A stretch of 64,000 bases of DNA from Octopus sinensis (taxonomy: Eukaryota), in the NCBI RefSeq assembly GCF_006345805.1, contig NC_043019.1, positions 16,243,360 to 16,307,359 of the forward strand, in the 5' to 3' direction. The position numbers were made by a program, and so were the translations under genes. The notes below the pieces were generated by a model, which did not search any database, had not been told where the DNA came from, and was given only the letters and a program-made list of their open reading frames with translations. The stretch's first letter is position 1; every line of letters begins with the position of its first letter. Below, one piece after another: positions 25,131-39,554 of the stretch.

Positions 25131-25853
25131 CGCACACATACACACACACACACACATATAGTTGGAATTTGCAAAAAAAAAAAAAAACGAAGACGGGTGT
25201 GTAAACAACGAACATATAGATATAGATGAATAACTAATCTTGTGTATGTGAATATGCATGTGTGTATACGTACATGTGTGTGTATGCATGCATACATAAA
25301 TGATAGGTGTATGTGTGTATATATAAGTATATAAAAATATGTGTATATGAATGTGTGTATTGTGCAATAAAATCGGTTATAGAACTGAATATTTATAGAT
25401 TTAAATTTAGGTATTTATGTAATTTCAGTTAGATTATTTACTTATTTATGATTAAGCTCGCTCTTGAAAAGCGTTCTCGAAAAGCCTTAGCAGTTGTAAA
25501 TATTTTCGATTGATATTTTTCGAGAAATAATGAAGGAGATATGTCAATCTGATGAACCATCATTATATGTTTAAACGGATTTGATTATTCTTGAAAAACT
25601 TCGTTTTATTAATGAAGCAGAAACATCTCTTATGAGATTTGTTTGTATAAAATATTTAAATTAAATTGAATTCATAATTGTTCAATTTATTGTTTTGCTT
25701 TCCATTCCTTATATATAATTGTAATTTAATAAATTGGGTTTATTTTTTATTTACCTATTGGAATAACATTGTTATTGATATAGGTTATATAAACCAGTAA
25801 ATTCTTCGAATATTTAATATCCCTTAGGTGAATTTTACACCCAGCTAAATTGT

Positions 25854-25926
<73 letters not shown>

Positions 25927-26149
25927 ACATATATATATATATATGTGTGTATGCATATATATATAATTTCGTTGGCCTGTTGATCTAGCCAGCGATGTGG
26001 CGTCATTTCATGACTAAAACAATGCAAAGCGCATTGTAACCAGTGATGTGTAATAGCATCCGATAGTCTGGTCGGCCACGTAATATATACATATACATAC
26101 ATATACAGATATATATAAATATATACATATATATAAATATATGCATATA

Positions 26150-26388
26150 TTCTTCTTTTTCTTTTATTTGTTTCAGTCATTTGACTGCGGCCATACAGGG
26201 GCACCGCCTTGAAGGGTTTTAGTTGAACAATTCGACCCATGGTCTTGCTTATTTTAAACCTAATACTGATTCTATTAGTCTGATTTTGCTCAACCGCTAA
26301 GTTACAGGAACGTAAATTCACTAACACCGGTTGTCAAGCGGTGAAGGGAAACAAACACAGACATAAAAAACAAACACACGCATATATA

Positions 26389-26426
<38 letters not shown>

Positions 26427-26630
26427 CGTGCGTGTGTGTGTGTGCGTGCGTGCGTGTGTGTGCGCGTGTGTGTGCGCGTGTGTGTTTGACGATTTTCTTT
26501 CAGTTTCCGTTTACCAAATCCACTCACTTCACAAGGCTTTAGTCGGCTCGAGATTTTAGTAAAAGGCAGTTGCCCAAGGTGCTACGCAGTGTGACTGAAC
26601 CTGGAACCATGTTATTTGGAAGGAAGCCAC
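26150..26630 (-). mobile_element. SINE family A, diverged
   Basis: TGTTTCAGTCATTTGACTGCGGCC tail and TTGCCCAAGGTG core. Confidence 0.85.
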
Positions 26631-26995
26631 GTGAATAGATAGGGATAATAGATCATAATAGAACTAGTCACTGTAGTATAATCCAAATTACGGCTAACCG
26701 CATCCAATGATAAGACTATTCCCAAAGCGTTTATCCGATGTGTAAACCCTGTGCTCGTTTCGTTGGATTATAAACAGTTTTCTGAGCGTATATCAGAGAC
26801 AATTAAAGCAACGAGAATTGTATACATCTGCACAGTTTTTATTATTCTAACCATTTATACAGTATATTCTCTTTAAACCTTTATGACTGAAATAATAAAA
26901 ACTGCCTAGATGGATAATCCTCCATATTTATTTTGTCATGTGTGTGCGTTTCTGCATGTATACGTGTGCGTGCGTGCGTGTGTGTGTGTGTGTAT

Positions 26996-27036
<41 letters not shown>

Positions 27037-27069
27037 GTGTGTGTGTGTGGTGTGTGTGTGTGTGTGCAG

Positions 27070-27238
27070 TTATACCCGAAGAGCTGGATGAAGAAGAGGC
27101 AGCGGAATCGAAAGTGACGACAGCGAAAAGAGATGAACGCGATAAGAATGAGTTGTCGTATACGACTGGTGTTGTGCAGGATCCAATTTTATGTGACAGC
27201 AGCCATGTTAGGGATACAGGCAAAGAAGAGTGGCCAAC
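27070..27238 (+). CDS. Candidate 169-nt coding exon of an unidentified host gene
   Basis: (TG)nGCAG| acceptor and |GTAAGA donor; open, purine-rich frame [57 protein letters not shown]; no recognisable TE motif or homologue. Confidence 0.4.
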
Positions 27239-27317
27239 GTAAGACGGACATTACGACATCCAACTGACCAGGACCATCGCTATCTATTATCTGTTTATGT
27301 GTACGAATAATAATAAA

Positions 27318-27349
<32 letters not shown>

Positions 27350-27362
27350 TAATAATAATAAT

Positions 27363-27734
27363 AATCCTTTCGCCTATAGGTACGATGCCTGTAGTGTTGT
27401 GGGAAGGGGTATTGGTCGACTGCATCGACCCCAGGGTTCGACTGGTACTTATGGAACCCAAGAGGATGAAAAGCAAAGTCGACCTCGGCGGAATTTGAAC
27501 TCAGAATGTAAAGACGGGCAAAATGTCGCTAAAAGTTTTGCTAGACGTGGATTTTTTGGTGAGGGGGTCAGTCGATTAGATCAACCCAGTACGCAAATGG
27601 TACTTAATTTATCGATCCCGAAAGGGTGAAAGGCAAAGTCGACCTCGGCGGAATTTGAACTCAGAACGTAAAGACGGACGAAATACGGCTAAGCATTTCG
27701 TCCGGCGTGCTGACGTTTCTGTCAGCTTGTCGCC
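27363..27734 (-). mobile_element. Tandem/nested pair of SINE family C copies in a (TAA)n tract
   Basis: Two GTCGACCTCGGCGGAATTTGAACTCAGAA cores about 180 bp apart; GAAAGGATT(ATT)n tail; TAA repeats on both flanks. Confidence 0.88.
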
Positions 27735-27849
27735 TTTAATAATAACAATAATAATGATGAAAATGATAATAATTACAACATCAACACGGTTGGGGAAAAA
27801 ATCTGGAAGAAATGCCAAAATTTGTTATGTTACCAGACGACACTAAATT

Positions 27850-27945
27850 AAGGATAATGGTTCAGGGTAGAAGACCAAGGTGCTTCAGGGGCGGCCTAAA
27901 GGGACATATTAAGGCAACCCTGCCCGCAGGACCTGCAACCTGAAA
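27850..27945 (+). mobile_element. LINE ORF1 gag-like zinc-knuckle relic
   Basis: VQGRRPRCFRGGLKGHIKATLP is a decayed C-x2-C-x4-H-x4-C. Confidence 0.55.
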
Positions 27946-28323
27946 CACACCCGCGACAAACAACGCAGTACAGCCAGAAAGAGGAAAAGGAAACCTACAC
28001 ATCACAGACAGACAAAGAATATGAAGAACGGACAGGGACGCTGTGTTTAACTCTCCACAAAAGAAGAAAAAACAAGAAGACCACACCAGGGGAGCCTTTG
28101 GGAAAAAAGTACCCAGAAAGGGACACCAAAAAATTTACCATCAACCTCAAATGAGGTAACGAAGATTGGACTATGGTTAGGAGGAAAAGGAAAACGAAAA
28201 GCACCCGACCCTCACACCCGCATAAATACTTCAAACATACAAAAACCAGCATCCACAACATTCGCACACACGTCTTACTCGAAATAAAATTCTGCACACA
28301 CACAAACACACACACACAAACAC

Positions 28324-28375
<52 letters not shown>

Positions 28376-30662
28376 CACACAAACACACACACACACACAC
28401 ACACACAACAAGACACAAAAATCGTACTCCTTTGTGTCCAACAAAACTAATTACAATCCACCCCACCCCCACCCCCAGGACATCACACCACCAGCATCAC
28501 CCAGAAAACCACTTTGGCCACATACCGAGGTTCATGTATCCACCCTTCCACAACTGAACACATAACGTACTCAAAATAATTGTATGGCTCTTACACTGAT
28601 TGTTTCCCCTTTTCGAACTGTGATTGATCGGCTGTTGAACATTACTTGCGATTCCCAGTAATTCAGTTGGTACTTATGTCATGGGGATTAAAGTGAGTTT
28701 ATATTTGAAAAGAGAAAAAAAAAACGATTAGCTCATTGATGATGTAAATTATCATTCTACAGTTCTTGATGCCTGGTTCGAGTCAACAAAGACTCGAAAC
28801 GATGAGGATTATAAAACGACAATTCGATGATTTACTGCTGAGACAAAATGGCTAAGAGCATAAAGGCTCCAAATTTGTAAATCGTGTGTCATTGGTTCGT
28901 ATTCCACAGTAGTAGCTGTGTAAAGTTTCAAATGATTAAAATTAATGATGCATTTACTTTTAAAAAAATTATTGAACGGTGAATTATTCAAATTCCTTTT
29001 TTGCATATTAAAAAACGCTCAGAACTTTCCGGACAACCGGAATCTTTGCGTTCTGTGTTCAAATCTTGGTATGGCCTACTCGGACTTAATTCGTCACTTG
29101 GTGTCACACTACATCTGGCACATTGACTATTTCAATTAGAATCTCGTCTTCTGCAAGCATTCAGGGCTGTCTCCAGTTTGAAGATACCGTCTCAGATTGA
29201 GAGGCCTTTTTTGAATCAAAGATCAAACTGTCTAAGACTATCAAACTGCCCTGCTTAAATTTGTGACATTATTTCATAAGAACCCAAATTAATTTCTTCT
29301 TACATTTCATGAGAATATCGAATGAGCATTTTAAAAATAGAATTCAAAAAATAAGATGTACAGAAAAAGAGACTAATATTTTAGGTTTTGTTTTCATTTG
29401 ATTTGGCAGATTAATATTTTCTGTGCCATCCGTGACAATTATAGTCTTTCTAACGAAGTCATATCGCCCCAGGTTTCAGCGAGCTCCCATTTTCCATGCC
29501 TTCACTCACACACTAGTGATCGGATAACTACTTAGCAAACATCAAGTGAAATTCATGATATAAGCCAGTCCAAGCTTCAGTATTCGCTGTCGTATTATTC
29601 GAAATACAAGCAACTCGTTGCACTTTGGTCAGTTGTCCAAATTAAACAACAATTGGTGGTTGATATGTTGGTCTTCATTATCGCAACACTAACAACATCT
29701 CGAGACGATATCAACTCAGTACAAAACACTACGACATGTATTTCCTAGGATGTAGGAAGCATTGTCGTCCATAAGCTTTCTCATCAGACATCATTGGTGC
29801 ACATGTACTCCATGAGAAATGAAGCCGACGGTAAGGCGCAGGGCTGGTTTGAAACTTATATCAACATTAAGAAGCGCATCAAACCTCAGAGAGGCAGCAA
29901 TGGAACTCAGTCGTTGCGTAATCAGATGGTTTAAATTCATGTATTTTGGGAAATCAATATTCAAATTTCTTTGATATATCAGATTGATTCAATATCAACG
30001 ACAAACGTGCGATCACAGTGTTGCCGAGTAGTTTGAACGGTTGGAAGGTTCTGCACTGTTCTAATAAAGCTGTTTAACTCATGGCACTGGATAAACTGAA
30101 AATCCAAGCGGTTTGTTGCAGTCCAAAGTTAGACCTTTCATGAAGAGAGACTTGAATTAAGAAAATGGACCATCACTGAATATATGCAAAAACAGAAGGC
30201 ATTAAACCCTCAAAAACATGGAAGTGACCGTAGCAGTCCTTTCTGTGTTGAAGCCATTTTTTATAAATTTTTAAAATATTTGATATAAATCAATACTGTT
30301 GTAAATTAATACTATATCTTGAACTTATCCCAAGATATTGGTAAAAATATTTTGTTTTTGTACCTTAAATTAAAAAAAGGCCGTGTAAATAAACCGAGCC
30401 GCTGTAATCTTGACGACAATGTTTTTCGTAGATAAAAATAAATCCGTATCAAGAAACAGACTCTCGAATTTTCCTTAGTGGTGCTTCGGCATGGTCGCAG
30501 TCAGATGACTGAAACAAGTAAAAAAAAATAAAAGAATATATATATATACACACACAAAATATGGGGGTTTAGTTCACAGGTGATCTAAATGATTAGGTAG
30601 GCTAGGTAAGTGCTGTAAGTGCGGATTACTAGGGCTCCAAGGTTGAAGCTGAGACGGTAGTT

Positions 30663-31060
30663 ATGAAGCCATTGCACAACATAGTAAATAATTCCTATAG
30701 CTACTACACTGGATCTACCACACATTTTAAACAAAGATATTATGCACATTTAAACTCATTTAAATATAAAAAGAATAGCCATTCCACATCATTAGCCAGC
30801 CATGTACACCATCTAATTAATAGAAAAATACAATATAGACTTTGCTGGGCTATAATAGACTCTGATATCCCGTATCAGGGTCAACACTCCATTTGTGGAC
30901 TCTGCTTAAAAGAAACCCTCAAAATTTTAACCCACAACTCACTACAATTGCTTAATAAACACAACGAAGCCTTCACTACGTGAAAGCACAAATTCTTCTG
31001 CACTTTTAAATTCTTTCATAAATCTAAATATAAGTTCCCCCCTCCCGCCCCGAAAAACAC
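30663..31060 (+). mobile_element. Penelope-like element GIY-YIG endonuclease C-terminal fragment
   Basis: YTGSTTHFKQRYYAHLNSF...TSLASHV...W.II...PY...CGLCLKE...LLNKHNE...*KHKF matches the YIG / C.LCL.EK / LNKR.E / CRH pattern of PLE endonucleases; followed by a pyrimidine-rich 3' region. Confidence 0.8.
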
Positions 31061-32698
31061 CCACATACAAACCTCCATGATCATTAACACCTACCCTTCT
31101 ATATCTCTTATATCTACCTTACCTCATCACCTTGTAAGATAAATATTAATTATTTAATTTATTTTTAAACCTTAACCCAATAAATCCCCTAATATCTAAT
31201 TCTAACTCCCACTCATAAATAATTCAACGTTCAACTAGCTCCTCCATTCTCGACAACCTACACACCCATAACCCCATTGCTAAAAATAACTCTACAGCCA
31301 CTGACCTTAGCCAGAACAGACACAAGCGTTTACCTCCCCAACCCCTGTAGATTACAAGAATACCACTGGGCACCTTCTGCCCTCTTTAAATTCTTTTCAT
31401 TTTGTTTATTTTTTTGACGTTATCTTTCTCAACCTACTCACCTTCACTCTCATCTTCTCGGCCAGCCCTTTACACAATATTCTTAGACACTATATGCTTA
31501 CACACTTTACTTTATCCTTAAAGCCAGTCCTTAAACCCCTCTCCCCCCACTCTAACCACCTCTCTTTCCAGTCATTTCCTTTTCTTTCCTTTTACCACTG
31601 AATACCCACCCCTGCTACCATTCTCTTATTGAACATGGATACGTTCGCATCTTTTTTCTGGATGTTTACAATATCAGGACTTTAACCCACCTGGATTTAC
31701 AGAGAGTTGCACCAAAGGACTTCTACAACATCGAAAAGTAGAACTGTGAACTTCTTTTTTCTTCTCTTTCTTCTTCTCTCTTCATCTCCTTATTTCTTTA
31801 CTCCTTTCCTCTACGTCGTCATTCCATTAATCTAGTCCTTTCTCATTTCCCCCATTTGTCTCCGATGACAGAATGTCCCATACTCTGGGATAGCCCAGAA
31901 ACAGCTGTAAGACTTTAAATTAAAGTTCTTCCTTGCAGTGCTGCAGCTTGGCCGCAGTATAATGACTGAAATAAGTAAACGGCGAAGTTTGAGGAAGATT
32001 TGGCTGCTATTTCTAACGAGTGAAATGACCACCCACAGCCTCCACCTCCATCACCCCTCTGAACTCGTTTCTCCTTTTGGTGGTAAAGGTCAGACTTTGT
32101 TGGTTTAGATGCTGTTGTTGTTGTTGGTGGTGGTGGTGGTGGTGCGGCGGCGGTGGTCGTGGTCGTCGTCGTCGTGGTCAGGGTGGTGGTCGTGGTGGTG
32201 TGTATGTGTGAGAGGGGATGGGGGTGGAAACGTGATACGTTTGTTGCTGACAAGATATTCACCATATTGTAAAGATGATGAGATGATGAGAGAGGAGGAG
32301 GAGAGAGAGAGAGAGAGAGAGGAGAAAGAGATGGGGGATGAGGGATGACAAGGGGGAGAGAGAAAGGCGAGAGTGTTAACATGCAACAATAGGAGAGAGT
32401 GAAGAGAAGGAAAGAAGGATAGGAAGGGGGGGGAAGCACGGGGAAGAGCGCCGGTGCTGCCCCCTACCTTACAGCTGACTAATTATTAATATTTAGCAAT
32501 AAATTTACCTCCATTCATCCATTAATAATTCGATATATTTATATAACTCGTTATCGATATTGCCCCCCCCCCCATACACACAAACACATACACATACAAT
32601 AGCGCACGCACGAAAAACACGCAGACACACACACACAAACATATATGTATATGTGTATGTATGTATGTATGTATATATATAATGTATATGTATATGTG

Positions 32699-32742
<44 letters not shown>

Positions 32743-32852
32743 CATATATGTACGTACGTGTACGTTTAAGTGACTTTCTGTGTATATATACACGTCAGTG
32801 CGTGTTCGAGCTCAAATGTGTGTGTGTGTGTGTGTGTGCGTGTGTAAGGTGA

Positions 32853-33495
<643 letters not shown>

Positions 33496-33871
33496 CCATC
33501 TAACCATCTGACCCACCGGCCAGCCAGCCAGGCCAGGCAGCCAGGCCAGCCAGCCGGTGGTGGTGTTACATCAGTCGTCTCTGTTTCATCCTTCCTAATA
33601 ATATTCTATCGATCCCCGCCACCGCCACCGCCTTATTGCAACACCTCACTCTTGTCTATCTCCTTCCCTTTCCCTTTTCTGACTCTCTGGCTGACTGTCT
33701 GTCTGTCTGTCTGTCGGTGTCATTACTGACACGTTCACGTGAATGAATTGATTGCATGCGATAATGCAGTTTGTGTGTGTGTGTGTGTGTTATAGCGTGA
33801 TTACATATAAATTACATATTTATGATTATTAGCATATTGTGTATGTAAACACACGCACACACACATATATA

Positions 33872-34000
33872 TATTCTTTTATTCTTTTACTTACTTTAGT
33901 CATTTGACTGCGGCCATACTGGAGCACCACCTTGGAGGGTTTTAGTCGAACAAATCAACTCCAGGGACTTATCTCAAGCTTAGAATTTATTTTATCGGAC
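33872..34000 (-). mobile_element. SINE family A 3' tail
   Basis: AGTCATTTGACTGCGGCCATACTGGAGCACCACC. Confidence 0.8.
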
Positions 34001-34459
34001 TGAGTTGCCGATTTTAACATATGAGGTATCAAAAGATTCAGTAATTATTCGGCTATCAAATAAACTGATTTTTGCACAACAACTCTTTTTTACTACAAAA
34101 ATAACCTCAAAAACGAGGTCGGTTCGCACAATTTTGAGGTCTTTAGTTAAGGGACACAATTCTGCCAGAACAGTTTTTATTGTCTTAGAGCATGATGAAA
34201 AATTGTTTAAAATACATGGACGTTTACCAGGGAATGAAACTTCGAAGATATACCATCAACTTTATTAGTATTATTTAATATTTTTAATGTGAAGTAGGTT
34301 TGTCTCTGTTTTGTTTAATCCAGAGTTGCCTCTGATGTAGCAGACCCATCGTATAGTTGTTTTGCTGCCTGGAATACAGTAAATTTGTGTCTTTCTTTTG
34401 ATGTGAAAGGGAGTGTTTTAAGAGAGATTTGGCTGCTATTTGTTACCACAGGCACACCT

Positions 34460-34502
<43 letters not shown>

Positions 34503-35223
34503 TTGTTGTGAAAAAATACTTTTTCTCAGACTATTTTGCACAATATTTTTTAAAAGAAACCTGGACATCTTTCTTACTGCTAACCATTCAACTTCAAATT
34601 ACAATTGTTAATTGCTGGAAGTCAAGTAGACTGAGATGTACATAGAGTGTCATTGTAAAGAGTGGAAGTTCAATACGAAGTCTTAACCTCTTATCCTATG
34701 GTTAGTAATCTTATACCTTAAATTTGAAGCCATTTGGACTGTCGCCATATGGGGTGTCACCTTCAAACATTTGTACAAATATACAATATGTCATACATAT
34801 ATGTATATATATATATATATATACATACATATATATATTATATGTGTGTGTTGTGGTGTGTGTGTGTGTGTGTGTTTGTGTTGTTGTTTTTTTTGTTGTT
34901 GTGAAAAATATTTTTCTCAGACTATTTTGCACATATTTTTTAAAAGAAACCTGGACATCTTTCTTACTGCTAACCATTCAACTTCAAATTACAATTGTTA
35001 ATTGCTGGAAGTCAAGTAGACTGAGATGTACATAGAGTGTCATTGTAAAGAGTGGAAGTTCAATACGAAGTCTTAAACTCATTATCCTATGGTTAGTAAT
35101 CTTATTACCTTAAATTTGAAGCCATTTGGACTGTCGCCATGATGGGGTGTCACCTTCAAACATTTGTACAAATATACAAATATGTATATACATATATGTA
35201 TATATATATATATATATACATAC

Positions 35224-35270
<47 letters not shown>
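34460..35270. repeat. Tandem duplication, period about 393 bp
   Basis: TGTTGTTGTGAAAAA at 34501 and 34894; the following about 290 bp of unique sequence is near-identical in both units. Confidence 0.92.
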
Positions 35271-35285
<15 letters not shown>

Positions 35286-35358
35286 ATGTATATATGTATG
35301 TATGTGCGTGTGTGCATATATATTGTTGTGAACTTGTGTGTACATATGTATGTATACA

Positions 35359-35400
<42 letters not shown>

Positions 35401-35842
35401 CAGAAGCACACACAAATACACATGTATATATTTACGTATAAATAAACACATGTACATGAATACATATATACACGCATTCATACTTACATACATGTTTTGG
35501 CTGCTATATATATATATATATATACATATATATTTTTTTTGGTATTTCGTAACATATACACAGAAATATATGTGTATGTGTATAAAAGATATACAGGGTA
35601 GCGAATATTTTTAGAAATTTCACCACGAGTGGCCTAGAATGTATAAAAAGCCAATAGACAACATATTCTCAATATAAAATAGTGTACATTTAAACACAAG
35701 AGAAACTACTTGCAACAGGTAATTTTACACGCTAGAAGAAGCAGCCAAAACATGTATGTAAGTATGAATGCGTGTATATATGTATTCATGTACATGTGTA
35801 TTTATATGTAAATATGTACATGTGTATTTGTGTGTGCTTCTG
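35401..35842. repeat. Inverted repeat, about 104-bp arms (35401-35505 / 35740-35842)
   Basis: CAGAAGCACACACAAATAC...GTTTTGGCTGCT is reverse-complemented at 35740-35842 with a few substitutions. Confidence 0.88.
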
Positions 35843-35944
35843 TATATATATATATATGTATACATATATACATATGTATATTTAGATCTATATATATACA
35901 TATGTATATGTATATATATATATAGATGTATACACACATATATA

Positions 35945-35976
35945 TCCATCCATCCATCCATACATACATACATACA

Positions 35977-36010
<34 letters not shown>

Positions 36011-36408
36011 CATACATACATACATGCATGCATACATACATACATACATACATACATACATCCATACATACATACATACATACATACATACATACATACA
36101 TACATGCATACATACATACATACATACATACATACATACATACATACATACATACATCCATACATACATACATACATACATACATCCATACATACATACA
36201 TACATACATACATACATACATACATACATACATACATACATACATACATGCATACATACATACATACATACATATATACATACATACATACATACATACA
36301 TACATACATACATACATACATACATACATACATGCATACATACATACATACATACATGCATACATACATACATACATACATACATACATACATGCATACA
36401 TACATGCA

Positions 36409-36437
<29 letters not shown>
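35945..36437. repeat. (CATA)n microsatellite with CATG/CATC variants
   Basis: Direct reading. Confidence 0.95.
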
Positions 36438-36440
<3 letters not shown>

Positions 36441-37347
36441 GGTTTAATGGTACAAGCAGGAGAGAAAATACACTTTTTCTCTCCAAATTTCGTTGCAAAA
36501 ATAATTACGTTTGAAAACGATATAAAATTTCCTTCTTTAACCGCATTTTCTCAAATTCTTCAACGTCAATGATACAAGAAACTTATTTATTTTATATTTC
36601 GTAAGTTTAAAGCGATAGCCTCCTTAGATCAAGCCCTAACTTTCATAATGCGAAGAATTTCTATCATTTCTGGAATAGCTTTAGTCATAGTTTTCTAAGA
36701 TTCCTTTTGTGATAAAAACCTTTTTATACTAAGAAAGAAAAAAAAAAAGAAAAAAGAAAAATGCAACTTTTAGGATATGCAGAAACTGATGTAAAAAAAT
36801 GTATAGAATAATGACGGTGGGTCGAGAAAGATTTTGTGGGTTTTTTCCAAGGGCTTTTGCTTGAGATGAAATTGTTTTTTATGCAAACATGTAAATTTAA
36901 TTTTAAAAGTAACCCTTATGAATATATATTGTTCGTGCAGTTGAAGAATGATATCGCCTTTTTTAACATGTCTTCAAAAAAAAAAAAAGAAAATCAAATA
37001 CTGTTAAAATAGAGTTTTTATATATTTCTTAACATATAAAAAAGCTGTATGTATGTGTCTGTTTATATAGATATATACACGTATATATACATGCGTATAT
37101 ATCTATGTGTGTGTGTATTTATATACATATACGTATATATATATATATATATATATAGTATATATATATATACTATATATATATACACACATATACGCAC
37201 ACAAATACATAATGGTTGGATGCAGCTTGGAACGCGCGTAGATTTAGAAAAGGTTGCTGTAAATACTGTTTAAAAACATTATGGATGTGAAAAATCTATG
37301 CACTCCTTATTTTTATTAATGTTATATATATATAAGTTCAGTAAAAA

Positions 37348-37515
37348 TTTAGATTCAGTTGAATATGTACTTAATTTAAAGGCACCTGATTTGGTATGGT
37401 TGCTTATTTTGATTATATATATATATTATATATTATATATATATATATAATCAAAATAAGCAACCCTACCAAATTCAGGTGCCTTTAACTTAATACCATA
37501 TTCAACTGAATCTAA

Positions 37516-37516
<1 letters not shown>
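37348..37516. repeat. Palindrome, about 65-bp arms, centred on an (AT)n tract
   Basis: TTTAGATTCAGTTGAATATG...TTATTTTGATTA versus TAATCAAAATAAG...CATATTCAACTGAATCTAAA. Confidence 0.88.
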
Positions 37517-37546
<30 letters not shown>

Positions 37547-37550
37547 ATAC

Positions 37551-38713
37551 GCGAGAAAGAAGCAACAAGAATGGATAGGTTTTTAGTCAATCGTTTCATA
37601 CCAAGGACAGGCTTTATTAAAAGTTGCAAAAATTACAGCATATAAACGTGTCCCGTACTCATCAGCTAAAATACATGGAGTTCTCTAGACATCCTAGTGG
37701 TTGAGGCTATACTCATGAAGTAATGTAGATAATTAAGAACATAAACAGATTTCCAAAGTTCATTAAAGTTCTTTAAAGATGATGTACAGTCTTATCACAG
37801 AATTTAAAAAAAGTTTAATAGCATCACAGAGAAGGTGACCTAATCCATAGTGCACATATGAATTTCCAGAGATATGAGGAGGGATTACATACTCACAGAC
37901 GACAAATTTATCCATTGTTAATCACAACGAGGTGGGTCTCAATTCCTGCTTATACAGAGAGGTGAATTAATCCTTTGTATAGATGCACAATTTCCAATGG
38001 TGTAGATGTAAATTTCCAGAGAAATGAAGAGGATTTCATATTCACAGGCGATAAATTTATCAATGGTTAACACAATGAGGTAGGTATCATTCTTGTTATA
38101 TGATTAGGTATTTGCAAATACCTAATCATTATATGATTAGGTATAGGCAAATACCTAATCATATAACAAGAATTGATACCTACCTCATTGTGTTCAACCA
38201 TTGATAAATTTATCGCCTGTGATATAAATTCCTCTTCATTTCTCTGGAATTTACATCTACACCATTGGAAATTGTGCATCTATACAAAGGATTAATTCAC
38301 CCTCTCTGTAATAAGCAGGAATTGAGACCCACCTCGTTGTGATTAACAATGGATAATTTGTCGTCTGTGAGTATGTAATCCCTCCTCATATCTCTGGAAA
38401 TTCGATAGTGCACTATGGATTAGGTCACCTTCTCTGTGATGCTATTAAAACTTTTTTAAATTCTGGGATAAGACTGTACATCATCTTTAAGAACTTTAAT
38501 GAACTTTGGAAATCTGTTTATGTTACTTAATTATCTACATTACTTCATGAGTATAGCCTCAACCCACTAGGATGTCTAGAGAACTCACATGTATTTAGCT
38601 GATGAGTACGGGACACGTTTATATGCTGTAATTTTTGCAACTTTTAATAAAGCCTGTCCTTGTATGAAAACGATTGTACTAAAAACCTATCCATTCTTGT
38701 GCTTCTTTCTCGC
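37551..38713. repeat. 1.16-kb near-perfect palindrome (about 580-bp arms)
   Basis: 37551-38130 is the reverse complement of 38132-38713; the differences I checked are mostly 1-nt indels. Confidence 0.92.
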
Positions 38714-38824
38714 TATAATCACCCCACATTACTGTATTGTTAAAACAGTATAGTTTTTTTTGGTGCACCTAAGTTAGGTACCATATTCAAGTAAATTCAT
38801 TTAAATTAACTTGAATCTTTATTG

Positions 38825-38871
<47 letters not shown>

Positions 38872-38885
38872 AACATACATATATA

Positions 38886-38934
<49 letters not shown>

Positions 38935-39295
38935 ATATTATACTTATATAAATACATACATATATGTGCGCATATGTATATACATACATATATATATATA
39001 TATGTATGTGTATGTATGTATGCACACACACACACACATACATACATACATACATACATACATACATACATACATGCATACATACATACATACATACATA
39101 CTCATACATATATATGTACACTCACGGTCCGAGAGTTTCGCGCGTTGGCGGACCGTGAGTCACTCCATTACTTCTGCTAAATGTTGATAAATATATACAT
39201 AATTATCATATTTTGAGTTCATCTTCGCTGTTTGCATTTATATACCTGTATACTTCCATATATATTATATTTATACACGTGAGCATACATACATT

Positions 39296-39344
<49 letters not shown>

Positions 39345-39477
39345 CGAAGGATGTATGGAGAGTTTGAGCCTTGAACTCTTGTACCTTCATAGAAGTCTTG
39401 TACCATGTATGTTTTTGAGGCTCCTGCATATATATTGCGAAGATCGTTCTTATCCAGTTTGTATATTTTTTTACTTT

Positions 39478-39550
<73 letters not shown>

Positions 39551-39554
39551 TATA

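Noticed and set aside
29400-30230. Possible ancient RTE RT/post-RT relic on the + strand
   Set aside because: Only scattered weak motif resemblances across frames; needs a profile search.
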